The notes beneath the pieces are model-generated. The model saw nothing but the letters and a program-made list of their open reading frames with translations. It did not search any database and had not been told where the DNA came from. Shown here one piece after another: positions 33,926 to 49,121 of a stretch of 64,000 bases of DNA (position 1 is the first letter of the stretch; the number at the start of each line of letters is the position of its first letter). This DNA is from Daphnia carinata (taxonomy: Eukaryota). The position numbers and the translations under genes were made by a program. The stretch is from the NCBI RefSeq assembly GCF_022539665.2, contig NC_081333.1:9796001-9860000 (forward strand), written 5' to 3'.

Positions 33926-33948
33926 AGAGAGAGAGAGAGAGAGAGAGA
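33926..33948. repeat. (AG)n microsatellite
   Basis: Read directly from the sequence. Confidence 0.9.
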
Positions 33949-36900
33949 GGGAGAATGCCAAATCATTAAAGAGATTGGAATCAGGCAGGCTCCCACAACC
34001 GGAAGACGTTTGGATGTGACGGAAATGACGGATTTTCAACCGCCATTTTCAAATAAGAGAGAGAGCAAAAACAAACAGAATCTCGGAAAGAGATGGCCGG
34101 GGCAGATTTCAAGCATATAAACACGATCGCAAATCTAACAGACACTGGCGGTAATAATGTAACATACGTGAGGCCAGCCAAGCGAGAAAAGACTTTGAAT
34201 AAGATAAAGATCGAAAGATAAAAGAGAAACATCCCAGTTTGGCGGCAGGACCAAAATGTATAGGCATGTTATCTCATCCGTCTTCTGCTTCGATTGGCAA
34301 AGCTGAGCCCCTCTACAAGACGTTTTATCTACTAGATTGGGTGGTATACGGCCACCGGCAATCAATGTGCATTAACTAAGACTAGAGATAAAAGTTCAGA
34401 GTTGTTATTAGGTCTTCACTACGTGCACAGATCTAAGGGGAAATCTCGACGAGTTGTAAGCACACACAAAAAACTATGTTCGTCTTTTGTTTTTTCGTGT
34501 GAGCTTTTCCCATTTACTCTTCCCCTTTGATCACTTCGGTGTTCTGTCGTTTCGCTAAAGTGGATGCTGATATTCTTTGTGAAAGAAAAAAGTTATCATC
34601 GTGGCTGTGGATTGTTTGATTATCATCAATAGAGCCACCTTGCCACTCCACAGTGTTTGAGGGTTATATAAGGATCATTTCGCGGTCGTTTGTACCAACA
34701 AGTTTTGGAATATTCTTTAATCAAGAGTCTGAGCATTCCCTTGTGAACATAGTACTAGATTTCCTCTCGGAGCTGTACCCTTCATTTAAAAAAAAAAAAA
34801 AAAATAAATGTTTAAGACCAAATTAAAAATCTTATGCAATTGTAGGAAGTCCTTTGCAGTCAAGGATCAATGGAGGATTCACTTGAATCTAAAGATTCCA
34901 GTTTAAAAGCTGACAGTTTGCGTGAAATCTTACGGGAAAAAATAGAAAGACGACTAACAAGTTTTCTAAAAATCTGATGAACGTCGCATAGCAGTGCCTC
35001 TCAGTCTGAGTGTAAAACGAAAAAAAGTTGTCTTTGAAGATATGATTCTAAAATATTCATTTTTTCTATATTTGATTTCTGGGCAATCTAAAATTAATCG
35101 TGAATGATTGGAAACCCAAAATAAAAATATTATATGGCAAAAGGGATCACGATGAATGCAGAGAAGAGGGACGAAAAATCCAAAGAACCTTACTGTCTAT
35201 CACTTAAACCCGCGTACAGTGATCCAGCCATGCACAGCCAAGCACAAAAATGCAACGTTTGGGAAAAAAAAATTCAACATGAAGAATCTTCAAAGCCCAA
35301 ACTCGTGATAGGCGCAAGTCCCAATCTTTTCATTTTTAAATAATTTTTTTTTTTCTGATGCGTATCTCTCGTGTTCCTATTTTTCCACATCATTTCTCTC
35401 GGGAAACCTAATCACGCCGGCCGATAACGAGCCAAGAGCGAATTGAGGCCAGCAATATCGGCACTGTCCGAAGGCCTCATTGTCATAATTGGGATGCTGT
35501 TGGTTAGTTCGGTTCCGTAGACTACAGAACTATACGGGCAGGGGAATAAATAGAACAGGGAAAACATAGAACTTACATGACAACCCAATATTGTGTGTAG
35601 AGGGAGGAACTATATCAAAGGAACAATAACTTTGAGCTACGGCGTGTTTCTTTTCTTTTCTTAGTAGGATATATATTTTTTTTTCATGCGGGACGACGAC
35701 CATGATAATTAATACTGACGAAGTTATCCGACGTCGATTCGAGCACCGTAGCTACCAAACATAGCCCGCTTCATATGGAATTGCTCAGACTGAGATTAGT
35801 CAGCCATTCTTTAGAGGAAAAAAGAAAATAATTCGACATATAGAGAATATGCTGCGCATGTTTTTATTACTCAGGTTTGGTATCTTTTTGATCTGCATTC
35901 TAATACGGGAATTTCGACGTACACGAAAATGGCGCTCGCGACATTACTCAAACGGATACATGGTGGCAGGGTAAATTGATTCAAATACTCGCGCATGGGG
36001 CAGGTGGTCATTTTCACCGACGAACGCAAACGGGGGCTCCTTCCCTTTTTGGCTATTTATGTTACATTATTCAAAAGTATGTTGACAGTTAGCAATGAAA
36101 ACAGGAAATAAAAAGAAAACTAGACGATAAGTTGAGAACACGACGGTAGCCGTTGAAGAACGGCACGCCCTACCTTTGCCTCTATGTACCATCTTGCCCG
36201 TCCCGTGTTTGTTCAGAAAAGGATCGTTCGTTTCCAGCTAACAATGGGGGAGCCCCAATAGACGCCTTCACCCTGTCGGCGCTCACTGGCTCGCTGCGTT
36301 TCTGTGTCTTTTACGACGACAGTGTACGTGTGCACGCGTCTGGCGCGTCTATACACAGATTACGACAGTTATGCGAGAGGCCCTGCCGCGAAGCGACAAG
36401 CTCTTGATTCCTTTAAATTAAATTCTATTGATTGATCCTATTTCCTCTCCTCCCTCCCTGTTCTACACACGCATTTAAAAAATAAAAAAAGAAGGAAAGA
36501 AAAGAATATATGAAGGGAAGAAACGATGGAGTGAACTACGGACACAAGTTCGCCATGCGAAGATGACAAACTATTTTGAAATTGAAATTTCTCCTTCTCG
36601 CCCAATTTTTGTGAATAGATTCCGATTGCCGAATGCTCTGGAAAGAGACGGGGCGTGCAGGAGAGCGAGTCAGGAGACCTCTCTAGTTTATGAGTTGTCA
36701 CATATCGAGCTAAATTAGCCCACTAGGGAACTGAACGTTGCAAAGAGCGCGAGCCATCAGAGAAATACTTAGGTCACGCACGCTGAACGCACACTCCATT
36801 AGCTTTGTTGTAGGCTCTCGAACTAGTCAGCGCTCTCGCCTCTATGAAGATCCCTAGTGCACCGCGACAATACCTCCGTATCTATTTGCCGTCATTTTCA

Positions 36901-37473
36901 TTTGTTTCCTTTGCTATCCTTGCCCTAATTTTATTTTTTTTTTTTTCCCTCTCCTATACTCAATTGGCAGCTATATAATGTGTACGCTGCCGAAGCAGAG
37001 ATCACGGTCCGCTGTGTTTTTACTTTGATTAAGTCACGACACATCGTTGCTATTGTTGTGCAGCATGCCGAAACAGTGGGTCGCGATGAGCGCTGGGCTG
37101 TTGGGACCCCGTGGATGGCTGGACGACTGCAATTGCCAAAGGGGAACAACAAACCTCGCCACTGCTCGGCCCGGTACCTCAAGGGAGCCAGCGGACATGG
37201 ATCGAAATAAAAAAATGCACACAAGAAGAATTGCTGACAAGAGAAAGTTCGATTAGGACAACTTTTATGGAGCCGGAGTCGATCAACAAAAGAAGGGCGA
37301 TGAAAGACGATTCCATCGGCACGAAAAGAAAAAAAAAGAGTAGCGCATCCGAAGAACTTTTTTTTTCCAACCTCTCTGTGAAAATAACAATAATTCGAAA
37401 TAAGAATAATTTCGAATGGCAAAGAAACTTGGTATAACACGTGTCCATAAATATACATCTACGAAATTGCAAA

Positions 37474-37493
37474 GGTGTGTGTGTGTGTGTGTG
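37474..37493. repeat. (TG)n microsatellite
   Basis: Read directly from the sequence. Confidence 0.9.
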
Positions 37494-39621
37494 CGTACAG
37501 TGAAATCGACGAAGACAGGGCAAAGCAATTCTATTCATACACAAAAAATGAGTTTCCTAAGGCGGTTGGCAAATGTCGGCTTTATATATCCAGCAGCACT
37601 TTCAATGAGCGTCGTTTGCCCTCGTCATACATCAGAAATCGATAACGCGGGACGCCGTACATGGAAGCGATCACCATCTGCACCCACCCTTTATTATTAT
37701 TTTTTTTTTAATTCTTCAAGACTTACATGATTTTTTAAGCTTTCATTTTGGGCCGCTGTATACGGCGTTAGGTAAAACGATCCTACTTGACAAATTACAA
37801 TGAATATTTTTATTTTTTTCACCCTTTTTTCTTTCCTTTTGTTTAAACCTTCGTGACGGCGACTATGATCAAAACTTTTAAGGGATTGTCAATCAATATT
37901 ACTGGTTCCTTTAGCAAAACAGCCCTCTTCACTAGGATTACCTATGGTTCGCGAGCGACGTCATCGTCGGTAAACGTTGCGTAGTAAAACGGAAATAGGG
38001 ATCGCCCGTTCTCCGTGAATGACGAGGCCTATCGATCTGAGCGAACCCATTAGGTGGGATAGCAGAAACAGTTTTGGAAAAATTGATTTCCCCCACCTAA
38101 AAATGGAATCAATTTTTTCTCTTATGCGACACAAGCAGTTGATAAAAATAAACACAAAAGCTAGGGGTTCGGTTGCTCAGAAAACGCGCTGCTTCCAAAA
38201 TGGCCTTAATTGACTGAGTTCCCTATCACCTTTTGCGTGACAGGATATACGGTGCTGACGAACAGGGTTTCAGGCTCAATCAACGGGAACAAAAATGTGA
38301 CAAAAGAAGAACAAAAAAAAAAAAAAAAAGGAAAATAATAAAGAATCATTAGCACATTATTAGTGGCCATCCTCATTTTGCGTTGACGCCCCCCCCCCCC
38401 CCCCCCCTATTGGTGTGGCCATGTCACTCAATCGTCATAGTAACCGCTTCCTGGCTGCGTCCACAGATCCTCGAAGAACCAAAACACGACGAGGGTTTTG
38501 TACGTACACATATTCGATGCAAGTATTGCAGGCGTCGTGCATTGTCCTGGAAGCCCCAGTTTTTTTGTGTGGGGTATCCTCCTTTTTTTTTTTTTATTCT
38601 TTAAGGGGACACACACACAAAAGGATCGACATCAAAAAGAAAACTGGCTCGCTTAGTAGACAGAAACGACAGCAAAGCGTAGGTATATCATGATGAACGA
38701 TGTCAACATCGTGACGTTCGTGGATAAATAGAATATAAATAAATAAAAAAGAAATTCTTGAATGCCATCATTCGATCCGGTCGGATCAATGCAACAAAGA
38801 CCTCAGAAAATAAGTGGAAAAAAAAAAACTATATAGTTGGTTCTAATAACAGCCCCAAGGTATAGGGCGGTACCAGTCACTGGGACTTGGGGAAAAAAAA
38901 GGCTCTTCTCCCTCAGTTCAACTGGAACGACATCCGTGTACAGCAAATAGTAAAAAAAAAAAAAAAATAAATAAATAGAAGGGAAACACGAATCAGCTGC
39001 AAGGACAACAAAAAAGGCTCCCGTTGGAACTCTAGGAAGTTAACACAAAAATCGAACATCGTCGGCTGAATTTCGATCCAACGACGAAAGCGACCGTATG
39101 TATACAGCCAGCCAATAAGGGCTGTCGTGTCAAAGACTCGGACAGTTCTTCATTTATTTCACGCCAATGTCGTCAAGCGATGATTATCTGCAGCAAACCG
39201 TCGCCTAGTGAAACGCGTCGCAATAAAAACCAACCGTGGCCGTGCTGGACACGCCAAATGGATTCGTAATACGGGGAACTTTTTTGAATCTTTACGCTAC
39301 GCAATACCTCCGTCGTGTTTGCGAAAGCTAGGGAAGACTGCCATAAACAACGAATAGTGGCTATAAATCACAAGGAGAGGTGAAAGAAAAATATAAAAAA
39401 ATGGGGTGCATTGCGACATGTTTCAAAGGCATAAAAAAAATTGCGATTGCCTGTACGTTTTCGTCTGCGTGAATTTATTCACTTGGACGACGAAAGCTTG
39501 CCATCTTCTTTGCGTTAAATCAAATATCAATAAATAAAAATAATTTTAAAAAAACGATCATTCAAAAAATTTGCATAGTCCTTCAGGCATGATGGAATCG
39601 GTTGGCCAGATGGTGGAGACC

Positions 39622-39655
<34 letters not shown>

Positions 39656-42600
39656 AAGAAAATACCTGAGCAATGAGCCATGTCGTCACAGAGATTTCAG
39701 ATAAAATTGGTGATTGATGGTTCGCTACTTGTCGACACTTATAACTCGTCATTGTTGACAATGGCGATAACCGTCGACGGACAACGACCATCGCCTTGCT
39801 CATCCGTCACGCAAAAAAAAAAAAAAAAAAGCTGCTCGTCGGTCGTCACTCTCTTCGTCTCAAATCTTTGTGTATGACTAACCAAAGAATCTTCCTTTTT
39901 TTTTCCCTTTTTTCTTTCCCAGAATATTGTACAAGAACATTTCCTTTCTTGTTTTTATTTTACTGCTTCCCAGTTCGAGCAGATCTCCTTTTTTTTTTTT
40001 TAAATAGACGTACAATCAAAAGAATGCCAACAAAAGGGCATGGATGGGAGGGGTGCGAGTTTCACTTCCCTTTTGTCAACGCGACGACACGACGTTCACG
40101 GCTGCGGACGGAAACGCGGATGCACCGGTCAACGATTAAAAGAAGAAATAAAAAGAGGACAACGAGTGGGTTGAAACCCAAGGATGAGAAAATGAGAAAA
40201 AAAAAACTCTAATGAAAGAAAAAAGAATTAGGGAAGATACTATTCTTTGACATTGTGAAGAGAGAAAAAAATTGTAATGTTTTTCAATAGAAATAATGCA
40301 AGACATTGAGCGGAGGAGGGTTGAGGCAGTAGAAATCAGGTTGTTGCTCTGGTTGCGGTTTAACAACAAAAAAACGCCCAGTACGCAATCACAAGAAAAG
40401 CGGTTTATTGTTGTTTTGTTTTTGTTTTTTTCTCGTTTTGTTCGTTGCAAATGAAGAAGGAGGAAATAAAAATATCTATTCAATATCAAACGAGCGATCA
40501 GCTAACACTTGGGGAGGGGGGAACTGGTTACGTTGATTACGTCGTACGTCCCTGCGAGAGGACGACCGCTATTCTTCTGGATAAAAAAAAAAAACGTGTC
40601 CCATTTACAAAGTTGTGTGAGTGTGTTAACACAAAACCTTGGCAACGCTGTCAGGGCTATTGTCTAAGGTTTACCCGCTTGTGTATCTTAGCAAGTCAGA
40701 CCTGTTTACAGGATGCAAGCGTCTCAAAAGATTGAAGCCGGAACTGGCAACAAAACCGACAATACTCGTTTTTATTAAGAACGATGGCACGTCATAGATA
40801 ACAGACAACAAGGCAGAGATGGTGAATTGCTTTTGCCGTATGGGGAAATAAAAGAAAATCATATTTTTCAGAGAGAGAAAGAGGGTTCTGACGTTTTCAT
40901 TGACAGCTTTGCTTTTCGGCCTTCTGATATTCAATAGAAATGTGAACTCTCAAATCTGCACGCAAAATAAACAGAGAACGTCACTTTCACGCCGCAAAAT
41001 GAAGGTTCTCTCGTTTCGTTTGCAACATTTCAAATTTTTTCACCGACAGAGCACTTAAGCTGTCTTCTGCACGACTTTAGATGGTAATGAAGTTTTATAC
41101 GCGGTCGGTCGTCGAACGAACCATCAACAGCCGTGTCCTTTTCGAACTGGTGACAAAAGAACAGATCGAACCGGAGTGTAGAGTGAATTCGATTGCTGCA
41201 TTGTGTATGCAAATGGACGCATAAAAAAGAAAAATTCAAAAGAGACAAACCAGAGGCAAAACAATGTCCTTTGCAGGCACGTTTATACGTTCAATTCAAT
41301 TTCCTTTTAACCCTTTTTCTCTTTTCAATTTAAGTGAATACATTAGCGAACGTGACTAATTGGTAACCTCTACCTCTTTCCTTTCATATTCCAATTCCTC
41401 AAAAAAACAAAACAAAACAAAACAAAAAAAAAAACGTGAAGGTGAATTACAAAATGGAATTCTTTCTTCGCTTTTCTTTTTTTCGATTGTCAATGATTCC
41501 ATCAACCAATGACAGGGACGCGAGATTTTATCTTGTATTCTAATGGCTTCCCGCTTTTCATCTTTTAATTCAATCTTGGCAATTGGGATTCGATTATGAA
41601 GTTCCCCGTAGGATAGTACGGTAACACTATTACAGGAAAAAAAAAATTATTTCTAAGCAAACAGTGCAAGGGCTAGCTCATATCCAAAAGGCCCAGTCAC
41701 CCACTTCAGTTACAACCGGGTTACCAGCAGCCTATTTTGAAGCGCGTGATGCGGGTAAGGTGCGGGCTGCTCCGCCTCTACGTGTGTTTTCTAACAAAAA
41801 CAAATGGGTACAAACAACGACGACGACAACACGGGTCTCAAAAAAGAAGTAAATAAATAAAATACGAAGAAGAAAGAAGTGAACGAAAAGAACAGGAAAC
41901 AAGGTTGCGTCGGTCCGGTTATTTATAGTCGTGAAAGTATGTGAGAAGTGCGAACCCAAGACGAAAACGAAGCGGGGAAAAAAAAAAAAAAGTAAGGCAC
42001 GGGATTTGATACTGAGACATAAAGTATAGCCAAAAAGAAACTAGCCGCGAAATCTCATAGCAAGTATTTCAAGAAAAAAAAAAAAAAAGAAAAAACATAA
42101 TAAACATGACGGTTCAAATGAACTAGCGCTTTTCGCGATCGACCCGATAAGACAGACACGGAGATAGAGAGAGAGAGAGAGGGAAAATGACAGTCGCATT
42201 TGTTGACGGCCTCGGTGTTAAAAGACGCAAGTAAAAATTGACTCCAGTCAGTCACGATTGAATCATTTATAAACTATACGCCATCTCGCTCCACTGGTGA
42301 AACCTACTCCCCAACAAAAATTCTGAATCGCGAGCGCCGTTTTCCTTCATTCATGGACCCTACCTTGATGCGGAATGATCTCCGGACGTTTCGACGCACG
42401 CTGACACGTGATACAATCCTGTTTTCCAGCTGCCGTGAATTCGGCTTTCTCGTTGCTCAAATTGATGAACACAAATCACACTAAGGTACCACGATTTTCA
42501 AAATGCCGGACACCAAAACCGAACAAACCAAACAGTTTCATACGGTTCAATTCCCTGCTAAACGGTCAATTCACGCATGCACTAGCGCACTGCCACACAA

Positions 42601-45600
42601 ACAAATCACGCCGGATCACAAAGGAAGCAAAGATAAAACAAAATCCAAAGACATCGTTGAATCTTTTTGATGACAAAACAACGAAATGCAATTGACAAAA
42701 TTTGGGGAAACGAAACGAAAAATCCGCAAAAAAAAAAACAAGCCAAGGCAGTTGCTGTTGTTTTCGCGCTATTGCGCGTACGCGCTACGCAGACGTTCGG
42801 TTGCAAATGAAAACGGATCGACGCCACCCTCAGTTTAAAAAAAAATAATAAAAATAACAATAATAAAAAGAGAATGGAAACGCAGATCGGGGTGGCAGGT
42901 TTTTCAGGGCTAAACCGACACTTCCCGTGTCTGCAAGTGAGCGCCAAAGACTCGACCCTGTGAAAGAGAGAGGACCAACGTCACGGTCGACGGGCACTTA
43001 CAACTCCCCAAACTTGAAGAGGGAGAGCGCAAACGCCACCAACATCTCGACGACTACGGCGCCGCCACCAGCCCGCGGTGCCACCCACTCAACTAGCTTT
43101 TTGCCACCCTCACCTTCCCCTTGTCTGGACGCTACATAGCCCTCATAATGCACTGCTGGCCTACACGCAAGACACTCGACGCCCCGCAGTCTCTAGAACA
43201 TAAAACAAGAAAAAAAAAAAAAAAAGAGGATCTCTTCTATCATTTTCTTCTTTTTTTCTTGGCATTGTTTCCTTCGCTTTTCCGTCCGATTCTTGGCACC
43301 TCAACCGTCTCTCTCCTTTTCTTTTCCACCGACAAGTATACTACGTGTTGAAATTGATCAGATTATCGGGAACAGCAGAAATCGGTTGGGTGGGAAACGC
43401 TAAAGGGAGGGAGGGAGAGATGCATTAATTCAAGTAGCGGGCAAAATAAAGAATAAAAGCGGCAAAACGTGCGGGAAAGATTCATTTTCGTCTAGAAACA
43501 TACGGGGCATGAATTGAATAATAAGGTTGTATATATATATTTTTTTGTTTGTTTGTTGTTGTTGTTGTTTAGTCAAACAACTGCCGGGCGTATAATAAAA
43601 AATAAATCTTGTCCTCTTTTCGTTTTGCAAGGCTGAAAATGTAAACCTAACACTAACAGGATGTTATTATGGTAATCTCTCCTTCGTTGCTCTTCCGTTT
43701 TCTTTTACCCACCCGTCTTTCTGTTTGGTAATGACGAACGAGAACGATGGAGGATGGCATGGTAAAGAACAAAGACTCTGAGATTAACTTACGGGATAAA
43801 AGCCAAGTGTTCAAGGTTACACGACACGCTCATTTGACGAACACACTCGTATCTACTTTTACGTGTATACAGTCCGATTTTCCCGCGTTTGCTTAATAAT
43901 GCGCACAAAGTTCTAGAAGGTAGGGTGGTTTAACAGTAGCGAAGGATTGTTGCAAGAAATCCCGGGGTAATAACTCCAAATGATGAGAAACTTTCACGTA
44001 TAGGATTATGAGTAATCAATACATAAACAGTTGTTTGCTACATTCAAAAACGCTTTCTAGTTGAGTGTACTACGTCACGCTTGATGTTGTTTTTCGCTCG
44101 AACAAATGAAAGAGACAGCAAAACTTCGCATTAAAATTCGAATAGAAATCCACCTTATCTGAAAATTATTGACGACAGTGGACGATGTTTGTAACGTCAG
44201 ACATTTTCGATTTTTCTTGCTTATCGAATCAACAAAAGGCCAACGTTACCGGCCGTCCAATTTTTCGCTTGCCCATTCTTAAATTATTTTATTGATTATT
44301 TAATGACACTCGATCGAGATGTGAACTTTGCAGATACAACCGACGCACCACATTTAACATGCACAGACGGGCGTGTGTGGTACCTGTGTCTTTCCAGTTT
44401 GGCTAGAAAAGGTAGATGATACGCACGGTGATTTCAAAGAAATTAAACGGAGGAGATTCAAGCGTAACAAATCATAAATCAATACCGGTTTCACTTGAAT
44501 TTCGCCGGTTTTGTATGAACAAAAATTATAGACAGCCCCTTGGATCGCTGTACGAATACGAAAGCCAAAATTGATCCCGATTCTCGTGAAAAATTCCCAC
44601 TTTTCAAGTTAGTTTATGTCCACATATAATGAATTTCCCTATCCCAGTCAATGGCCAACCCCTATATACCTTAGTCATGTGACAGGTCTTCTATTTCGCC
44701 AGGTTTTCGGTCGTGTCCTCGATATGGCTGCAATGATCATTCCATCGCTTTAAAAAAAAGATGAAAGTCGGGAGAAACCGAACATACCCAATACGCGTAA
44801 TACTTTCGTCCTTTCGATTTCTGACCGTGCTTTCAATTCCTCTTTGACTCCTTTCCCTTTCCCTTTCCCTTCCCCCCCCCCCCTTCCTAATATTCGTTCA
44901 CGTCTTTTTGAGTTCAATCGAGTAGAAGGATACGTTTTCGCATCCGGACGCCACGGCGGAAGGGGAAATAAAACTAAAAAAAAAAAAAAAAGAGAAAATG
45001 ATAAAAAAAAAGTGGAGGGTGGAGAAGCGAAGACTCTCGTTAAACGGTGACCGTATACAGCTACCTTATCTTAGTTACAATGTGCAACTGTGGAAACATT
45101 TAATGAGCCGTGCAATGACATTTACACAAAGCGAAATCTATGGAAAATCCTTTCATTTCATCGCTATTTCAACTCTAGCTTTTTTTTTTCTTCTTCTTTC
45201 TTAACTTCAATGATCCGGTTTGAGAATCGACGTGCATTCCTCAGGAAAACAACGGAGACATGCAAACTGTGATGCGTCCCTTAAAAAGAAAATCTTTCAT
45301 CTAATGTCGTCTTTTCCTCTTGTTTTTACTTTATTACCGAATTACGATTTTTTTTTCCTTTATTGATGTTCTTGTTCAAATTTTTTTTAGGGGGGTGTTT
45401 CTTGCCGAGGTCAATTGATTGATGGTGCTTTTGTAACAACCATTCCCTTATTTTTTTTTCTTCCCCGAGCAACTTAACGGGAACCCATCAGCCCATCCCT
45501 TTGCCATCAGACTGTTGGGTTATGTCAAACCGTTTCGCCCTTTGTTGTCAACCAAACTCGATTGCGTAAGAGAAAAAGAAATGGGGGAAAGTTATACGAC

Positions 45601-47168
45601 GTTTTATAGGGGGGGTGAAACGATTGAATTACGTCGTCCGTGTAGCAATTAAACCCATGGATGCCGACTCTCGGGAGTCTCTCTGGACGACTCAAAAGTC
45701 CTAGAGGTGTTGGGGAATCCAATCGGAATCGAAAGATTCGATCCACATCGTTTGGCCATCGGTTGTCTACATTATGACTTTCACCATCACGTCGATCTAG
45801 CGATCGTTACACAACCCTTTTAGGCGTGGACCTTTTTTTTTTTCAGACAAGGACAGTAGATGTGAAAAAAAAAAGGGGCAACGTGATGTAATAATCATCG
45901 ATTTCGGCCATTACAGTATTTGTATACCTGCGTTCAAATATCATCGTCGGAATGATGAATGACGTCAAGGTCTTTTCAATTTTTTTTTTTTTTTTTTTTT
46001 TTTTACCTTCTTCTTTTGACGTCACGTTTCTTGGCTTGCTGCACAGACTAAAGATTTCCGTTGCGCCCTCATCGAGAAAAAAGAGTCTGCGAATCTGAAT
46101 TGGGGTTGCGTAGTTGCTTGAAAGTGAAAGGGAGTCGATCACAGGAGGAACGCCCGGGATATTGTTGATGAAAATGCAAGCAAAGGGCCAATCTGTGTCC
46201 TTTAGATTAGTGGTTCAAGTGGCGAGGGAAAGCGAGTGATCGAACGAAATAAAAAAAAAACACTAACCGGTACATTGAAAGGAGGATAGGAAAAAAAAAA
46301 AAAAAAAAAAAACCGACAGACATAAAACCAACAAACAAACAAGAGATACGAAATTGAACTCCGCTGGATGTTCTACTTATATCAGTTGCGAAAAAAAAAA
46401 GTGAAACGCAACCTTGTCAAACACAGAGGGGAAAAAAAAAAAAAAAAAAAAAGAAACGTCCAGAAAAGGAAGGCAATGAAAATAACTAAACGAGAACTAG
46501 GGTACTGTTTGCTTTTAAAAATGGGATCATTCTGAGCGTGAATTTTATCGATTTCTCTCTTGATTTCTCCGCTTATCTTCTTTTCTTTTTAGCTTCATGT
46601 TCTGCATTAAAAATCGTCTTTCTTTTTCACGAATTCTATGCACGTACACATTCTATGTCTCGGATATCTTTTGTTGTCCTATCGACGCTAATTGATCACG
46701 GGACCATATATATATATATATATATATTCCCTTCTTCTTCTCTGTACACGGCGGAAACGGCCCGCCAAGAAAAAAAAAAAAAAGAAGAAAAAAAGGATAG
46801 CCGATCCGTAGCGACGGCGTCTGCCCAAGACAAGTTCACCGCACTTACCGCGAGTACGAGCTTCTTTTTTTATGCTCTTTTACATTCTATTACAATTTTT
46901 TTTTTCTCGTTCTTTTCTCCGCACATACGCAGTATGCATAATATAATTTCAGCTGCGCAGTTTGTATTGCCCTCGTGCCGATGATTCCTTTCTACGATTC
47001 TATTTGTAGAATAATTGACGACGTGTTTGCCCCACGCACACACACACGAAAAAAAGAAAGAAAGGAAACCGCGACAGGTTTCCTTACAATTGACGACACC
47101 GACAGGCCAACAAAAAAAAAAACAACAAAAAAAAAAACAAATAAACAAACAATGCGATTGGTTCCTAC

Positions 47169-47372
47169 CTGTTTGTTGTGCAGCAGAGACGAATCATTCA
47201 GATGTGGATGGTTCCGATGGGGCGGCAGCGGTGGCGGCGACGGAGACGGCGGCGGCGGCGGTGCGTGCCGGTGGTGTCCTCCGTTTGTGGAGCTGGTGCC
47301 ATCTATGGAGCGGTCGTCCAAATTCACACGAAATGTTTGATGTAGTGACATGTCAACAAGCGTTTCGTACAT
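47169..47372 (-). CDS. PLEKHG5: Candidate alternative first exon, proline-rich (MYETLVDMS...APPPPPSPSPPPLPP...HNKQ)
   Basis: GC-rich open frame from ATG 47372, donor CAG|GTAGGA; phase 0 fits exon 26814. Confidence 0.55.
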
Positions 47373-48207
47373 AACAATATTTCATAACTGCTCTGTTATT
47401 TTGAATTGATGGTCAGCTCGATCTGACTGATTCTTCTTTATTTTGGTTGTCTTGACCACCAACGTTACCGCATTTGACAAACGAGAAACTGACGCAACAA
47501 ACAGGACGCAAAGACGGGAGTTCTCTTAAAACGAGTTAACGACACTGTAAATCAGGACCAACCATCAGCTTCTTTTCCACGCGATGCAGACCAACGAACT
47601 TGACGTCAACATCTCGCTTCAAATAAAGCCCACACAAACATAGTCAACACTTGGTTCCTAAGTGTGTTTGTTTTTAACGGTCCACAAAATCGCAAAAAGC
47701 CCGAGAAAACTATTCCGAAACGGCCACTGATTTCCGGATCTCGTCATCGGTGTATTCGCGTCCTAATAAATTTTTGTCCGCACCAGAGCCATAATTAGCG
47801 TTACACAATCCAGGATGTTCTGGCAAAATTTTAATGACTGTCCAATCGGTTCATTTGGTGGTGGATTGTAAAAACAAAAAAATATGGGAGAACGATTGCC
47901 CATTTCCCATCCGAACCATCTCAGACCGAAAGTTAGGAGTAACTAACTTTGGTTTCTCCTTCTCCAACTGCCTGTTTATTATCTCATTACATTTTTTTCG
48001 CCCATCGCTGAGACAACCAGTGGTGTGGTGGCTGCGAAAATGGGAGGATATTCTGGTTCGATCCTCCTCGTTCTCACACGCTGGCCACATGCGATTTGGT
48101 CACCATACGGCAGGTTCTTTATTTTTTTAATTTTCTATTCATTCTTGTACCATAAACCACTAGTTTTTGAGTTGTGATACCTTGTCGCATAAACAGTTGG
48201 TGCAATG

Positions 48208-48209
<2 letters not shown>

Positions 48210-48241
<32 letters not shown>
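48210..48241. repeat. (CT)n microsatellite
   Basis: Read directly from the sequence. Confidence 0.9.
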
Positions 48242-48243
<2 letters not shown>

Positions 48244-48415
48244 GTATCGTTTATCCGTTCCGACTAGGTGCTGCCCACCGGAAGACCAGCCAGCCAGCAC
48301 AAAAAAAAAAACCGTGCACCGCTATGGGTGGCAAAAAAAATAAATGTATTTTTGTTACGTCAAGCCCATTAAGTTCACTTTTTTTTTTTTTCTTCCAGGC
48401 CGTCACCTCTTTTCA

Positions 48416-48458
<43 letters not shown>
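48416..48458 (+). repeat. Poly-G homopolymer, ~43 nt
   Basis: Read directly from the sequence. Confidence 0.9.
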
Positions 48459-48459
<1 letters not shown>

Positions 48460-49121
48460 AGAAATAAGTTGCCACTCCACTGGTCATTCTTATTCGACAA
48501 TGTTTTAAAAATTTATAATAATAGTGTTCTAAAAATAGTTGACTGTTGAACTATGAAGCTCACCGATAAAAAAAACAAAAACAAATGACAAACAAATAAT
48601 AAAGGCGGGCAATTTCAAATTTTGCCCGTCTTCCGTTTAATCCGAAAAAAAAAAAAAGCAATTGACTTATTCGACGAAGGCCCGGCTGTAATAGCCTTTG
48701 GCAATACTTCGAAGGCGATAGATCGTCGAAAGGTGAATTGCTGCCGTATTTCATCGGCGAAACACGTATTCAATATTGAAACAAAACAAAAAAAAAATCG
48801 TTTGCGGCTAGAATAAAATCAAACATCTTATTGCCTTTTAAAGACTATCAAAATCTTCTATATGGTAATGTGCCCATTTTCCGTGAAAGACAATCTTCTC
48901 CCACACAAACTATGGGGGTCTACGAAAAAAAAAAAAAAAAAAAAAGACATTTCGCACGTTCGCCGGTAAAAAATCAACGAGCAGCTATTTATCTAATGCC
49001 AAACGATCGATCCTATAGGTTCTGGTTTCTTGATTTTCCATTTTGTTTGCGTAAATCTTCTGTTTCTTTCTTCCAAAAAAAAAAAAAAAAAAAAAACCAA
49101 AAACAAACATGAAGTAAATAC

